DNA from: an uncultured Candidatus Binatia bacterium
GTDB lineage: Bacteria; Desulfobacterota; Binatia; Bin18
DNA: 64,000 nt
Direction of reading: 5' to 3'
Assembly: GCA_965214605.1 (NCBI GenBank)
Contig: OZ243961.1
Location: 2,720,001-2,784,000, forward strand
Each line of letters starts with the position of its first letter. The first letter of the stretch is position 1. The position numbers and the translations under genes were made by a program. Positions 19,281-32,230 of this stretch are shown here, in pieces. A model generated the notes under the pieces. The model was not told where the DNA came from, did not search any database, and was given only the letters and a program-made list of their open reading frames with translations.

Positions 19281-20159
19281 GTGGGAAGGGTGATCTGTAT
19301 AGCCAACCGGAAGGGTGGGGTGGGGAAGACGACAACTGCAATTAATCTTGCTGCCTGCCTCGGTGTCGTCAAAGCGCCAACCTTGTTAATCGACTGCGAT
19401 CCTCAGGCCAACGCCACGAGTGGTATTGGAGCGCGTATTGAGCAGCAGAACGCGACTCTATACGAAGTGCTGCTGGGCGAATATCCACTCCAAGAGGCCA
19501 TTGCCAAAACCGTCATTGAGCACCTCGACGTCTTGCCGGCGACGCATGACTTGATCGGCGTCGAAGTTGAGTTGCTCAACACAGACAACCGCGAGTACAT
19601 ACTGCACGGCCTGCTGCGTCGTCTGGCCCAGTATGAGTATATCTTGCTTGACTGTCCGCCTTCCCTGGGACTGTTGACGGTCAACGCCCTAACAGCTGCC
19701 GATAGTGTCTTGATTCCGCTTCAGTGTGAGTATTACGCTCTTGAGGGTCTGCGCTCCCTGTTGGAAACAATTGATCTCCTGCGTGCTCGCTTAAACCCCG
19801 ATTTGGTGATTGAGGGGCTGTTGCTGACCATGTTTGACCAGAGAAATCGTCTGTCTCGACAGGTTGAGGATGAGGTCCGGCAATTTTTTCCTGATCAAGT
19901 GTTTAGGACCGTTATTCCGCGCAACGTTCGGCTCGGTGAGAGCCCAAGTCATGGCCTGCCCATTATTCTCTACGACCCGTCGTGCCGGGGCGCGCAGAGT
20001 TATGTGGCCTTAGCTCAGGAGATCCTCGCACGGAGGCCGACGCCGGTCATCGCCCAGCAGGCTGCTTCTGAGGAAAAAGTGAACGAAGAGACCCATCTCT
20101 CCAAGAAGGGAGCATCGTTCACTTTTGTGGAAACGACACGGGGAGGAATAGATGAGTGA
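19281..20159 (+). CDS. parA: Chromosome partitioning ATPase ParA/Soj
   Basis: ANRKGGVGKTTT, DCDPQANAT, DCPPSLG, QCEYYALEG, IPRNVRLGESPSHG. Confidence 0.96.
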   Translation: MGRVICIANRKGGVGKTTTAINLAACLGVVKAPTLLIDCDPQANATSGIGARIEQQNATLYEVLLGEYPLQEAIAKTVIEHLDVLPATHDLIGVEVELLNTDNREYILHGLLRRLAQYEYILLDCPPSLGLLTVNALTAADSVLIPLQCEYYALEGLRSLLETIDLLRARLNPDLVIEGLLLTMFDQRNRLSRQVEDEVRQFFPDQVFRTVIPRNVRLGESPSHGLPIILYDPSCRGAQSYVALAQEILARRPTPVIAQQAASEEKVNEETHLSKKGASFTFVETTRGGIDE

Positions 20160-21090
20160 AGCCGCGGCCAATACTCAGACGGGCGTCAAATCAACTCCAA
20201 AACGCCGTGGCCTTGGCCGCGGTCTGAGCGCGCTCATACCTGGGGGCATGTCCATGGCGGCGCCAGCTGCTGAACGGCGTGTCCATGTATCCGAAATTCG
20301 GCCCAACCCGCGTCAGCCCAGACGTTATTTTGACGAGCAGCGGATTGCTGAGTTGGCCGAATCGATTCGTCAGCAGGGTGTGCTACAGCCGCTGGTGGTG
20401 CGTAAAGCCGCTTCCGGCTATGAGCTGATTGTCGGAGAACGCCGATTTCGCGCGGCTCAGCGGGCTGGCTTAGAGCGGGTGCCGGTTATTGTGAAGGAGG
20501 TGAGCGACGCCGAGACCCTGGAAATCGCTCTGGTAGAGAACATTCAGCGCGAAGAACTCACTCCAATTGAAGAAGCGCTTGCCTACCGTCAGCTGATAGA
20601 CGAGTTTCGGCTAACCCAAGAGGACGTAGCCAAACGGGTTGGAAAAAGTCGGCCAGTCATCGCCAACCTGCTGCGGATCCTGAATTTACCCGAGGAAATC
20701 AAAGAAGACGTCGACCACGGCACTCTCTCGGTTGGCCATGCCCGTTCACTGCTGGCCCTAGAAACGCCCCAAAAACAGATTGAGGTGGCACGTCATGTCA
20801 TCCGTCAGGGGTTATCGGTGCGGGAAACCGAGACGCTGATTGCCCGCTCTTTAGAGGGGACCACAGCTGTAACGGTCCCAAGTCAGCCTCCCGGCCCAGA
20901 AAAATCGGTCGGTCATGCGGATATTTATTTAAAGGCAATTGAAGAAGAACTAATGCGCGAGCTCGGGACGAAAGTGCGCCTGCACTCCCGAAAAAAGGGC
21001 GGCAGGATTGAAATTGAGTACTATTCCAACCAAGAGCTCGACGGCCTGTTAGCCCGCCTCAGAAATACAAATAAAAAACCGTTTGCCTGA
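20152..21090 (+). CDS. parB: Chromosome partitioning protein ParB/Spo0J
   Basis: GLGRGLSALI, PNPRQPRR, GERRFRAA, ENIQRE, HTH region VGKSRPVIANLLR. Confidence 0.96.
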   Translation: MSEAAANTQTGVKSTPKRRGLGRGLSALIPGGMSMAAPAAERRVHVSEIRPNPRQPRRYFDEQRIAELAESIRQQGVLQPLVVRKAASGYELIVGERRFRAAQRAGLERVPVIVKEVSDAETLEIALVENIQREELTPIEEALAYRQLIDEFRLTQEDVAKRVGKSRPVIANLLRILNLPEEIKEDVDHGTLSVGHARSLLALETPQKQIEVARHVIRQGLSVRETETLIARSLEGTTAVTVPSQPPGPEKSVGHADIYLKAIEEELMRELGTKVRLHSRKKGGRIEIEYYSNQELDGLLARLRNTNKKPFA

Positions 21091-21178
21091 TGTCTCCCTG
21101 ATACACCCTAGCCCTAATGCGGATTTCCCTTTATATAGAAACACGCCGACTCCGTTCGGAGAGAGGAGACTCCAAGCT

Positions 21179-21619
21179 GTGTTAGCATTTCCTCCAGATT
21201 GGACGTTTTTCTGCCAGATTCTTCTTTTTCTTCTCTTGTGGTCTGTGTTGCGCCGGGTGCTGTTTGAGCCCAACCTGACCCTGTTGGCCAACCGAGAACG
21301 GCACAGCGCCGGGGCCCTCCAAGAGGCGGCTCAGATCAAGGCGGAAGCTGAAGTGAAGGGCCAGGAGTATCGCAGCCAGCTCACCGCAGCGCGCTCGGGT
21401 GCCATGCAGGAAGTCGAGGCGGTTTACCGCGAAGCCCAAGAGCAGTCGCAGACGCTGGTCGAACAGGCCCGCAATGAAGCTGCCCAGACACTCGCCCGGA
21501 TGCGGCAGACTCTTGAAGCCGAGATTGCCGCGGCGCGCCAGGACCTTGAACAACGCATCCCCAACTTTTCCAACGAGATTGCCGAGCGACTGCTAGGCAG
21601 ATCCCTGACACAATCATGA
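21179..21619 (+). CDS. atpF2: ATP synthase F0 subunit b'
   Basis: GTG after SD GAGAGGAG; single TM followed by coiled coil; first gene of the atp cluster. Confidence 0.85.
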   Translation: MLAFPPDWTFFCQILLFLLLWSVLRRVLFEPNLTLLANRERHSAGALQEAAQIKAEAEVKGQEYRSQLTAARSGAMQEVEAVYREAQEQSQTLVEQARNEAAQTLARMRQTLEAEIAAARQDLEQRIPNFSNEIAERLLGRSLTQS

Positions 21620-22245
21620 ACACCCACCTGAACAAGATGGTCAGTCTCCTCGCCGTCCTTTCTCCAGTGCTGCTGGTGACCGCGGTCTGGGCGGCCAGCG
21701 GAGGAGAAGGAGACGAGCACCACGGCGTGACCCAGGATCAACTCCTCGGCCTCCTTTTCTTTGCGATTAACTTTGGGCTGTTTGTCCTTGTCCTGCGAAA
21801 ATTTGCCCTGCCCTTTGTCAAGGAGTCGCTCCACAAGCGCAAAGAGACGGTTGTCAAGGCGCTCAACGAAGCCAAGCTGGCCCAGGCCGAAGCCGAGCAG
21901 GTCCGACGTGAGTACGAAGAGAAGCTCGCCGGTTTAGAGGCTGAAGAACAAGCCCTGCGTGCTCAGGCCTTGGAATCGGCCCAACGCGAGAAAACACGCA
22001 TTCTTGAAGAGGCCGGCCGCCTGGCCGAGCGCGCCCGGCTGGAGGCGCAGCAAATAGCCGAGCGCGAGGTCGAACAGGCCCGGCGGACATTACGTGAGGA
22101 TGTGGCTGAGCAGGCGGTAAGAATCGCCACCGAACTGATCCGTATCCAGCTGCGTCCAGCCGACCAGAGCCGTCTGATCAATGATCTTATTGAGAAGGCG
22201 GACGATGAGAGTAGTAGAGAGGGACGGGATGCCAGCAGCCGCTAG
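21616..22245 (+). CDS. atpF: ATP synthase F0 subunit b
   Basis: AASGG..HH leader, INFGLFVLVL TM, coiled coil. Confidence 0.9.
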   Translation: MNTHLNKMVSLLAVLSPVLLVTAVWAASGGEGDEHHGVTQDQLLGLLFFAINFGLFVLVLRKFALPFVKESLHKRKETVVKALNEAKLAQAEAEQVRREYEEKLAGLEAEEQALRAQALESAQREKTRILEEAGRLAERARLEAQQIAEREVEQARRTLREDVAEQAVRIATELIRIQLRPADQSRLINDLIEKADDESSREGRDASSR

Positions 22246-22765
22246 ACGATACGCCAAAGCCCTGCTCAGTCTGGCCCAAGAGGTCGGCCAGGAAGAAGCT
22301 ATTGGGACCGAGCTGAAGCATATTGCCACGGTGCTAGCCGAACCAGACCTAGCCCGGACTCTGGCCCTCCCAACCCTGCCACCTAAAACACGGGGTGAGA
22401 TTGTCGAGAGCCTGATCCGTGCCGCCGCGCCCCACCCGCTGGTGGCCAACTTCCTGCGCGTCCTGGCCGTCAACGACCGTCTGAATGTCCTGGCCGATAT
22501 TGAGAGTAGCTATCAGAGGCTGCTGGAAAAACTGCTGGGGCGGGTAAGAGCCACGGTAAAATCGGCGTTCGAGTTGTCTGAAGACGAAGTCCAGTCCATC
22601 GTTGACGCCTTCAGTCACAAGACCGGGAGGACCGTCATCCCCATCCTGGAGCTTGAGCCTGAATTGCTGGGAGGGGTGACGGTTGAAATCGAGGGTCGGG
22701 TATACGACGCTAGCCTCAGGACACAGCTCCAACGACTCGGTCAGTCTTTGGCCCAACGGTTGTAG
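22229..22765 (+). CDS. atpH: ATP synthase F1 delta subunit
   Basis: ARRYAKAL, LLGGVTVEIEGRVYDASLRTQL. Confidence 0.93.
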   Translation: MPAAARRYAKALLSLAQEVGQEEAIGTELKHIATVLAEPDLARTLALPTLPPKTRGEIVESLIRAAAPHPLVANFLRVLAVNDRLNVLADIESSYQRLLEKLLGRVRATVKSAFELSEDEVQSIVDAFSHKTGRTVIPILELEPELLGGVTVEIEGRVYDASLRTQLQRLGQSLAQRL

Positions 22766-22866
22766 GGGCCTATGTACTCAGAGAGGTGGGGTATCGTTCA
22801 CTGTGACCGGGAGGCACGGGCAGAGAGATCTGAACGATAACGATCAACCGACAAAAAGAGGATGTA

Positions 22867-24375
22867 ATGGAACTGCGTGCGGCTGAGATTAGCGAAATTA
22901 TCAAGCAACAGATTCAGGGCTATGACACCCAGGTTGAGCTACGTGAGACCGGCACTGTTCTGTCGGCCAGCGACGGTATCGCTCGGATTCACGGCCTAGA
23001 CCAGGTCGCGTCCGGTGAATTGCTCCAATTTCCAGACGATATGCTTGGCTTGGCCCTGAATCTCGAAGAGGACAATGTCGGGGCCGCAGTGTTCGGCGAG
23101 GTCCAGGCTATTAAAGAGGGAGACGAGGTCCGTCGTACCGGGCGTATCGCCGGGGTCCCGGTAGGCGAGGCAATGCTGGGCCGGGTAGTCAATGCTCTTG
23201 GTCAGCCCATTGATGGAAAAGGGCCGATTGAGAGCGCCGAGTCGCGACGGATTGAGGTCAAAGCCCCAGGTATCGTGTTGCGCCAACCGGTCAAAGAGCC
23301 CGTCCAGACCGGCCTGAAAGCCATCGACTCAATGATCCCCATCGGCCGCGGGCAGCGCGAACTCATCATTGGCGACCGCCAGACCGGCAAAACCGCTATT
23401 GTTGTCGATACGATTATCAATCAGAAGGACGGCGACATGCAGTGCATCTATATCGCCGTCGGGCAGAAGCGTTCTACTGTCGCTCAGGTGGTTGAGCGTT
23501 TGACCCGAGCCGGTGCGCTCGACTATACGACCGTTGTGGTCGCCAGCGCTTCGGACGCCGCGCCGTTGCAGTTTATTGCGCCCTATGCGGGCTGCGCGAT
23601 TGGCGAGTACTTTCGCGACAACGGCAAGCACGCGCTCGTCATCTACGACGATTTATCCAAGCACGCCGTTGCCTATCGCCAGCTTTCGCTCCTGCTGCGC
23701 CGTCCGCCGGGGCGGGAGGCGTTTCCGGGAGATGTGTTCTACCTGCACTCCCGGCTGCTCGAACGGGCCGCCAAGATGAGTGATGCCGAAGGTGGCGGCT
23801 CGCTGACCGCCCTGCCTATTATTGAAACCCAGGCTGGTGACGTTTCGGCCTATATTCCGACCAATGTGATCTCAATTACCGATGGCCAGATTTTTCTTGA
23901 AACCGACCTGTTCAACTCGGGTATCCGTCCCGCGGTCAACGTTGGCATTTCGGTCTCGCGGGTCGGCGGATCGGCCCAGATCAGAGCGATGCGCCAGGTG
24001 GCCGGTTCGCTGCGCCTCGACTTGGCCCAGTACCGGGAGATGGCCGCCTTTGCCCAGTTCGGTTCTGACCTTGACGCCGCCACCCAGCGGATGCTGGCCC
24101 GCGGCACACGCCTAGTCGAAGTGCTCAAACAGGGCCAGTATGAGCCGCTGTCGGTCGAACACCAGGTACTCATCATTTACGCTGGCACAAACGGTTTTCT
24201 AGACCAGTTCCCAGAGTCGGCGCTCAAAAAATACGAGACCGAACTGTTTCTTTTTGTCGATACCGCCCACCCGGACCTGTTGTCAGATCTGCGCGCCAAG
24301 CGGGAATTGACGGACGATATCAAGGAGCGCCTTGAGGCCGTCCTTCGAGAGTTCAACGAAACTTTTATAGCGTAA
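22867..24375 (+). CDS. atpA: ATP synthase F1 alpha subunit
   Basis: [29 protein letters not shown]. Confidence 0.98.
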   Translation: MELRAAEISEIIKQQIQGYDTQVELRETGTVLSASDGIARIHGLDQVASGELLQFPDDMLGLALNLEEDNVGAAVFGEVQAIKEGDEVRRTGRIAGVPVGEAMLGRVVNALGQPIDGKGPIESAESRRIEVKAPGIVLRQPVKEPVQTGLKAIDSMIPIGRGQRELIIGDRQTGKTAIVVDTIINQKDGDMQCIYIAVGQKRSTVAQVVERLTRAGALDYTTVVVASASDAAPLQFIAPYAGCAIGEYFRDNGKHALVIYDDLSKHAVAYRQLSLLLRRPPGREAFPGDVFYLHSRLLERAAKMSDAEGGGSLTALPIIETQAGDVSAYIPTNVISITDGQIFLETDLFNSGIRPAVNVGISVSRVGGSAQIRAMRQVAGSLRLDLAQYREMAAFAQFGSDLDAATQRMLARGTRLVEVLKQGQYEPLSVEHQVLIIYAGTNGFLDQFPESALKKYETELFLFVDTAHPDLLSDLRAKRELTDDIKERLEAVLREFNETFIA

Positions 24376-24377
24376 CG

Positions 24378-26661
<2,284 letters not shown>

Positions 26662-26690
26662 ACAATGGTCTCGTCTTTGGAGTCACCGTT

Positions 26691-27098
26691 ATGGCAGAAA
26701 CACTCCGTCTGGTGTTAGTCACCCCCGAACGCACCCTGCTTGACGAAACGGTCGATGAGGTCAGCGCACCGGGTACGGTCGGGGAGTTTGGCGTCCTCCC
26801 GAACCATATCACCTTTCTGTCCTCCCTCCAGGCCGGTCGCCTCGAATACAAGCAGGGGAGTCGCTCCACACGCTTAGCGCTCAGCGGCGGTTTTGCCGAA
26901 GTCGTCGACAATGTGATGAGCGTTCTAGCGGATCGGGCTGAATTCGCCGACGAGATTGACCTTGAGGCCGCCCAGGCCTCGATAGTCGAGGCCGAAGAAA
27001 AGCTAAAAACGCTTGGCGAGAGCGACCCTGACTACGCCGAAACTGCTCAGACTTGGCAGTGGCAACAGGCCCGGGTCGCTGCCGCTGCCGGGCGCTAA
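26691..27098 (+). CDS. atpC: ATP synthase F1 epsilon subunit
   Basis: LVTPER, GEFGVLPNH, SGGFAEV. Confidence 0.95.
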   Translation: MAETLRLVLVTPERTLLDETVDEVSAPGTVGEFGVLPNHITFLSSLQAGRLEYKQGSRSTRLALSGGFAEVVDNVMSVLADRAEFADEIDLEAAQASIVEAEEKLKTLGESDPDYAETAQTWQWQQARVAAAAGR

Positions 27099-27521
27099 GA
27101 ACTCTCCGTTTCTCTTTTCCCACGCGTCATAAGATTGTCTGAGAGGGGATTTCTTCTTTTGCGAAGTGAGAGGTGGGAGGAGCACTGTTAACGAGATGTG
27201 AGGCCGGGGCGCTGTTTGAGGTACCGGAGCCGCTTCCGTGTGAATATTCCAGTCGGCTAGGCCATAGCCTCGTATCAGCCCCGAGTTTCTCCAACTCCTG
27301 GCATTTTTGAGCGACCCTTTTGGCGATCCGCAGGTTCCACTTCAGGACTTCTTCCTGGTCAAAACAGGCCTTCTTTTCTCGGTCGCCTCTTTTCTTCGCT
27401 CCGTAATGTCTCCGGCCACGCACCAGGAGAAGCGCTCTACAAGATTGGTCGTGCAGAGGTTCAACGACCGCCTCTGTTGCAACTGTGGCTCTGCTTGGGA
27501 TGAAGCGGATTGGAAGTCGTC

Positions 27522-27557
27522 CAGCGTGCCCTCCCGCAGCTGCGGGAGGGCACGCTG
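27522..27557. repeat. Perfect 36 bp palindrome (REP-like or terminator hairpin)
   Basis: CAGCGTGCCCTCCCGCAG|CTGCGGGAGGGCACGCTG, just downstream of the SDR stop. Confidence 0.85.
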
Positions 27558-27580
27558 AGAAGGTTTTATGCCACAGGGGA

Positions 27581-28297
27581 TTAGAACTTTTCCTTGAAGG
27601 GCCGGACTTCCAGTTCGGTGGTCCAGGCGCTAGGGTCCTGATGGGCCAGATGCCAGTAGGTCTCGGCAATGGCCTCGGGCTTGAGCATGTCCTCGGCCGT
27701 GAACTGAGGGATGCTGCGGCCGGGGATGTCGATCACTCCGTCAACATTGACCCAGGCGACGTGAATCCCCTGAGGGCCAAGATCGCGCGCCATTGATTGC
27801 ACCAGGCCACGTAGCGCGAACTTGGCCGGCCCAAAGGCAACCGAGCGCGGGCCTGCCTTGACGCCAGCGGTTGCGCCGGTGAACAGCATGGTCCCGCGAC
27901 CTTTGGCGATCATGTCGGGCACGACTTCCTTGGCGCTCAGAAACGCCCCGTACGCGTTCACCCGCCAGGTTGTTTCGTACTGTTCGGGCGTGACATCGGT
28001 GATCGTGCCAAATAAACCGCTGCCGGCGTTGTAGAGGAGAACGTCGGGCGTGCCGAGCTGGTCACGAATTGTTTTGAAGACGGCCGTAACCTGCGCCTGG
28101 TCGCCGATATCGGCTGGGACCTCTAAGACCCGGCCGCCACCCGCTCTGATCTCTCCGGCTAGTGAACTGAGATATTCCGCCCGACGGGCGTTGATGGCAA
28201 CCGCGTAGCCCTGGGCAAAGCGGCGGGCTAGGGCCGCGCCCAAGCCCGGACCAACGCCGAGTACCGCAGCTACTGGAAGCGATTGTGCGTCTGACAT
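27581..28297 (-). CDS. SDR family NAD(P)-dependent oxidoreductase
   Basis: GVGPGLG, YNAG, TGATAG, FGPAKFALRGL, GIHVAWVNVDG; SD AAGGAGG. Confidence 0.9.
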   Translation of the reverse strand: MSDAQSLPVAAVLGVGPGLGAALARRFAQGYAVAINARRAEYLSSLAGEIRAGGGRVLEVPADIGDQAQVTAVFKTIRDQLGTPDVLLYNAGSGLFGTITDVTPEQYETTWRVNAYGAFLSAKEVVPDMIAKGRGTMLFTGATAGVKAGPRSVAFGPAKFALRGLVQSMARDLGPQGIHVAWVNVDGVIDIPGRSIPQFTAEDMLKPEAIAETYWHLAHQDPSAWTTELEVRPFKEKF

Positions 28298-28929
28298 AAT
28301 GGTGTCCTCCTTATATTGTTACTTGTTCAGGTCGTTGAGCAGGACTGCGTCACTGATTTCCAGCTTAGGAGCGGGCTGCTCGTTCCGCGCTTTGTCGGCT
28401 TCTTCTTTGGTGAAGGCTCCGGTTATGGTCCGGCTGCCTTCCGGGAGGGCGAGGCTTTCTAATTTGCCACGGTGGGATTTCAATTTTTCTCGGAATTCCT
28501 TTGCACTTCCATTGTACGAAGCCGCTCTGGTCGCTGGGATGAATGTAGCGAAATCTGCCGCCTTCTTCTAGGTGGCAGTGTTGAAAAGGCCCCTGGCTTT
28601 TTCGTGGCGGCATATACAAAAAGACGGAGCAATAGAGACCGAGACTTAGCCGAGAAAATTCAGCCGGCCATTGATCGTATTGAGCAGAGTGACCGGAGAA
28701 GATCTCATGCCCTCCCTCGTTTGATACCCGGCTCTATCGCTACCCGCCGCCTTCATATCCCCCTGTAGGCTGCGGGTGCGTCGATTCCGAACAGAAGAGT
28801 CCTAAGAGTTGCCACTGCTCGGACTTTCGGTCATGATCTAGAATCCCCGGCAAGAGAGTCGATACCGTCTGCTCTCCGATTCGTTGCGCTCTGCCCTATC
28901 AAAAGCTGGTGTGGATTAAGAGAAGACGT

Positions 28930-29574
28930 ATGATGGATAAAGAGTTGGGTAGTGTGATTGATGACGAGCTTGACAAGGACGAGGAGGCTGAAGAGCAACG
29001 ACGGGTCGAGCTGCTGGCTGAGCTGGAACGCTTAGGCGAATTGCACTGTATGAGCTGCCAGCGCCCGCTATGCAGCCACGCCTATGTCATCTGCGTAGCC
29101 GTCGGCTTCAAGACCACCCCGCGGTGTGTCGGCTGCCTTGCTGACGGCTATGGTCGGCCCCCGTCCGAGTTGCTGGTCGACGCGCTTCGCTACATTCGAC
29201 GGCACCCGTGTTACTGGAGCGGCTGGCGGTGGGCTAACCAACACGAGGGCCAGCCCAGGAACCTGGAGCGACCGGCCTGTATCTGGCCAGAGGACAGTCC
29301 GCCCGAGGCGGCACTCAGAACAGACAGTCACGAGCCGGTCCTGCACGCTACGGCCGGAGCCGATGCGGTGTGGGATGCCGGAGATATGAGCTGTGGTGAT
29401 CTGGTGCTCAAACTCCGGCTGCGGATGGAAAAACTGCAGGCCGGACAGTTGATGGCCCTGACCGCCCATGATCCCGGCGCACCTCAGGATATCCCGGCCT
29501 GGTGTCGTTTGACCCGTCATACCCTGGTCGCTGCTAGCCATCCCCACTATTGGATACAGCGCCGGGCGGACTGA
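28930..29574 (+). CDS. TusA/SirA-like sulfur carrier domain fused to an N-terminal Cys-rich domain
   Basis: C-terminal WDAGDMSCGDLVLKLR..DPGAPQDIPAWCRLTRH; N-terminal CMSC..C and CVGC motifs. Confidence 0.75.
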   Translation: MMDKELGSVIDDELDKDEEAEEQRRVELLAELERLGELHCMSCQRPLCSHAYVICVAVGFKTTPRCVGCLADGYGRPPSELLVDALRYIRRHPCYWSGWRWANQHEGQPRNLERPACIWPEDSPPEAALRTDSHEPVLHATAGADAVWDAGDMSCGDLVLKLRLRMEKLQAGQLMALTAHDPGAPQDIPAWCRLTRHTLVAASHPHYWIQRRAD

Positions 29575-29626
29575 GCGGGGCAGACAAGTGGCCATGGAAA
29601 AACCAGGGGGGCACACCGAGGCCACT

Positions 29627-32122
29627 TTAGCTCTCACCCTTCTGAGGTCTCAGGGCAATCTTTTCGCCATACACAAAGCGGGGCCGGAGCCTGTTCAGAA
29701 TTGCCGGTAGCACCGTCATTGAAACGAGCAAACACGCCCCCATATTGAGCGACAGCATAGCGCCTAGGTAGAAGTTGGGGCGGAAGTTCGAGGTCAGAAA
29801 GACCATGAATCCGCCGATAACAACCACGGAGTTGAAAAAGATGGCTTTCCCCGAGGTCGCCATGGTCACGGCGGTGAGGTGCTCCTGGTCAGTCAGGCCT
29901 TCTCGGACTTTGACTTGATACTTGTTGAGAAAGTGGATGGTGTAGTCAATACCAATGCCAATGACCATAGAGGCGGTCAGCGATTTGCCAATCTCCAGCG
30001 GGATATTGAGCAAGCCCAGCAGGCCAAAGCTAAAAATCATAACGAGACTAATTGGAATGACATTGATCAGGCCTGCAACCCAGGAGCGGAACATCAGGGC
30101 AGTCAGCACAAAGACCGCGCCTAGCGAGGTCACCAAACTCGACAGCTGACCGGACACAACCAACTCGTTCATCCGGTTCAGCAGATAGCCGTTGCCAGCA
30201 ATACCGATTCGAAAGCCGCTGTTCGTTTCCCAGCCAATGACTGTGGGCTCAATGCCGGCTAGCCAGCGACCAAACCGGACCGTTAGTGCATCAGTCGCCG
30301 CATCGGTATCTCCATTATGGCCAAATTCCTGGACGGCAAAATCCCGGATCGTTTGCACCACCCGTTCGACATCCTGGGTTCTATCAGACCGCAGATAGAC
30401 TGTGACGTTGGCGTGTTGGTAGTCATAGTCGACGATTTCATCAAAATCGTCCGGATCGCCGGAGAATGAGTACAGCAGGAGATACTGGGCTACTAGGTCA
30501 CGCGAGCGAGGTACGATTTCCATCTCTGGGCGGTCCTCATTCATGACCCGGTTCATGCGTTTGATATATTCGGCCAGCGACAGCGAACCGCCCACGTGAG
30601 GATCCTGCTCGACCGTGGCTTGGAGACGGTCGAGTTGACCGAGTAGCACCGGGTCTTTGAGCCGATCCGCCTCCCGGCCCTCAATCGCTACATAGATGGG
30701 TACGGTCCCCTGAAATTTTTCGCGCAGAATAGTGTCACCGACCCGCAGTTCGTGGAGTGAGTCAAACATGCGGATGACCGACGCGTCAACCATAATGTGC
30801 TGGGCGCCAAACAGACACAGCCCAACGACGAGCGTGGTTGGTGTCCACACCGCCAGCGGTCGGCGGGCGACCCCCCGTCCTAAGCGTGACAGCAGGCTGG
30901 CTGCCCAGCCGGTGGCCGCTAGGTCTCCACTGCGGCTCATCTGCCTGCGCAGGCCACGGCTGACGGTCGGCGACAGCAGACTCAGCATGGCTGGCAGTAT
31001 GGTCAGTGAGAAGACCATGGCGGCCAGGATGCCAACTCCGGTAAAGACGCCAAAATAGCGAACCGGGACCATGGCTGCGGTCAGAAAGGAGAGGAAACCG
31101 GCGGCGGTGGTCAGCGAGGTCAAAATGACGGGCCGCCACATCTCGCGCATGGCCACAATCACGGCTTCGGACGAGGATGTATTCGGATGCTCTAACAGTT
31201 CATCGTAATAGCGACTCAGAATATGAATACCGTCGGCGACTCCAACCGCCATCAGCACGACCGGCATCATTGAGGTGACAAAGAACATCGGAATACCGAC
31301 GGCGGCCATGATGCCCAGGGTCCAGATCACCGCGGCGATGACGACGGCTAGAGGCAGCAGGACACCGCGCAGGCTGCGATAGGTAGAGTACAGGGTGGTC
31401 ACAATCACCACCAGGATCAGGGGCAGGAAGGTTTCCATATCACGCCGGCCCTCTTGTTCGAAGTTGACCTCAAGCGCACCGCGGCCGGCTATATGGAAGG
31501 ATTCGGGAACGCCGCTGGCTTCTTTGTCCTGAACCATGTCGCGGATCGTGGTATACACCGCCATCCGTCTGGCTGAGCTTTCCTGAGTGCCCTCCGACGG
31601 CTCCATCTTGGCCATTACCAGGAGCCCGGTGCCGTCCTGTGATACGACCCAATTGACGAACATATGATTGGCGAACAGTCTGTGTTTGAGGCTCTCTAGG
31701 GCGGCTGGGGTGTGGGGGACGACCTCCATAAACGGATCGACGTTCAGGCCATCGACCGTGCCGGTGATGTTGTCCATGGTCGCAACACTCGCCACATCCT
31801 CGTCGCGGACCGCTTTGATTCCCGGCAGAAGGGCGATTTTTTCCGAGAACTCTTTGACAATGCCCAACGTCCGTGGGTTGAAGACGCCATTTTCGTCGGG
31901 GTTGTTGTTGAATACGCCAACCATAATGAGGTCCCGTATGCCAAACCGTTCTTCGATCATTCTGTTATAGCCGATGACCGGATCGTCGGCCGGGAAATTT
32001 GCCTCAACATCACCCTCAAACCGCAGGGTTTGCAGGGGGAGGGCGGCCACAACCGTACTGGCTAGAGCTAGCCCGATGACGAGCCATCGAAAGCGGACGA
32101 TCCATCGAAAAAATGACTCCAC
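29627..32122 (-). CDS. MMPL/RND-family permease
   Basis: Two RND repeats: GVADGIH and GIGIDYTIH, TSLTTAAGFLS; ~12 TM segments. Confidence 0.92.
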   Translation of the reverse strand: MESFFRWIVRFRWLVIGLALASTVVAALPLQTLRFEGDVEANFPADDPVIGYNRMIEERFGIRDLIMVGVFNNNPDENGVFNPRTLGIVKEFSEKIALLPGIKAVRDEDVASVATMDNITGTVDGLNVDPFMEVVPHTPAALESLKHRLFANHMFVNWVVSQDGTGLLVMAKMEPSEGTQESSARRMAVYTTIRDMVQDKEASGVPESFHIAGRGALEVNFEQEGRRDMETFLPLILVVIVTTLYSTYRSLRGVLLPLAVVIAAVIWTLGIMAAVGIPMFFVTSMMPVVLMAVGVADGIHILSRYYDELLEHPNTSSSEAVIVAMREMWRPVILTSLTTAAGFLSFLTAAMVPVRYFGVFTGVGILAAMVFSLTILPAMLSLLSPTVSRGLRRQMSRSGDLAATGWAASLLSRLGRGVARRPLAVWTPTTLVVGLCLFGAQHIMVDASVIRMFDSLHELRVGDTILREKFQGTVPIYVAIEGREADRLKDPVLLGQLDRLQATVEQDPHVGGSLSLAEYIKRMNRVMNEDRPEMEIVPRSRDLVAQYLLLYSFSGDPDDFDEIVDYDYQHANVTVYLRSDRTQDVERVVQTIRDFAVQEFGHNGDTDAATDALTVRFGRWLAGIEPTVIGWETNSGFRIGIAGNGYLLNRMNELVVSGQLSSLVTSLGAVFVLTALMFRSWVAGLINVIPISLVMIFSFGLLGLLNIPLEIGKSLTASMVIGIGIDYTIHFLNKYQVKVREGLTDQEHLTAVTMATSGKAIFFNSVVVIGGFMVFLTSNFRPNFYLGAMLSLNMGACLLVSMTVLPAILNRLRPRFVYGEKIALRPQKGES

Positions 32123-32131
32123 GCTTCTCTC

Positions 32132-32230
32132 CTATAGCAGGCTAGTCCGCGACCAAGCCGGCGGGATAGGGATGGGATTCTTCAGAACTGTCTCTGGTTT
32201 AGCAGGCGCACGCCTCAGCTTCTCAAGCAT
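32132..32230 (-). CDS. Putative 32 aa leader peptide upstream of the MMPL gene
   Basis: SD GGAGGAG; MLEKLRRAPAKPETVLKNPIPIPPAWSRTSLL*; the stop overlaps the MMPL SD; upstream TTGACG-17-TAGTAA. Confidence 0.45.
   Translation of the reverse strand: MLEKLRRAPAKPETVLKNPIPIPPAWSRTSLL

Noticed and set aside
27127-27669. 180 aa - strand ORF downstream of the SDR gene
   Set aside because: Starts inside the SDR gene and spans the palindrome; at most a short unidentifiable remnant.
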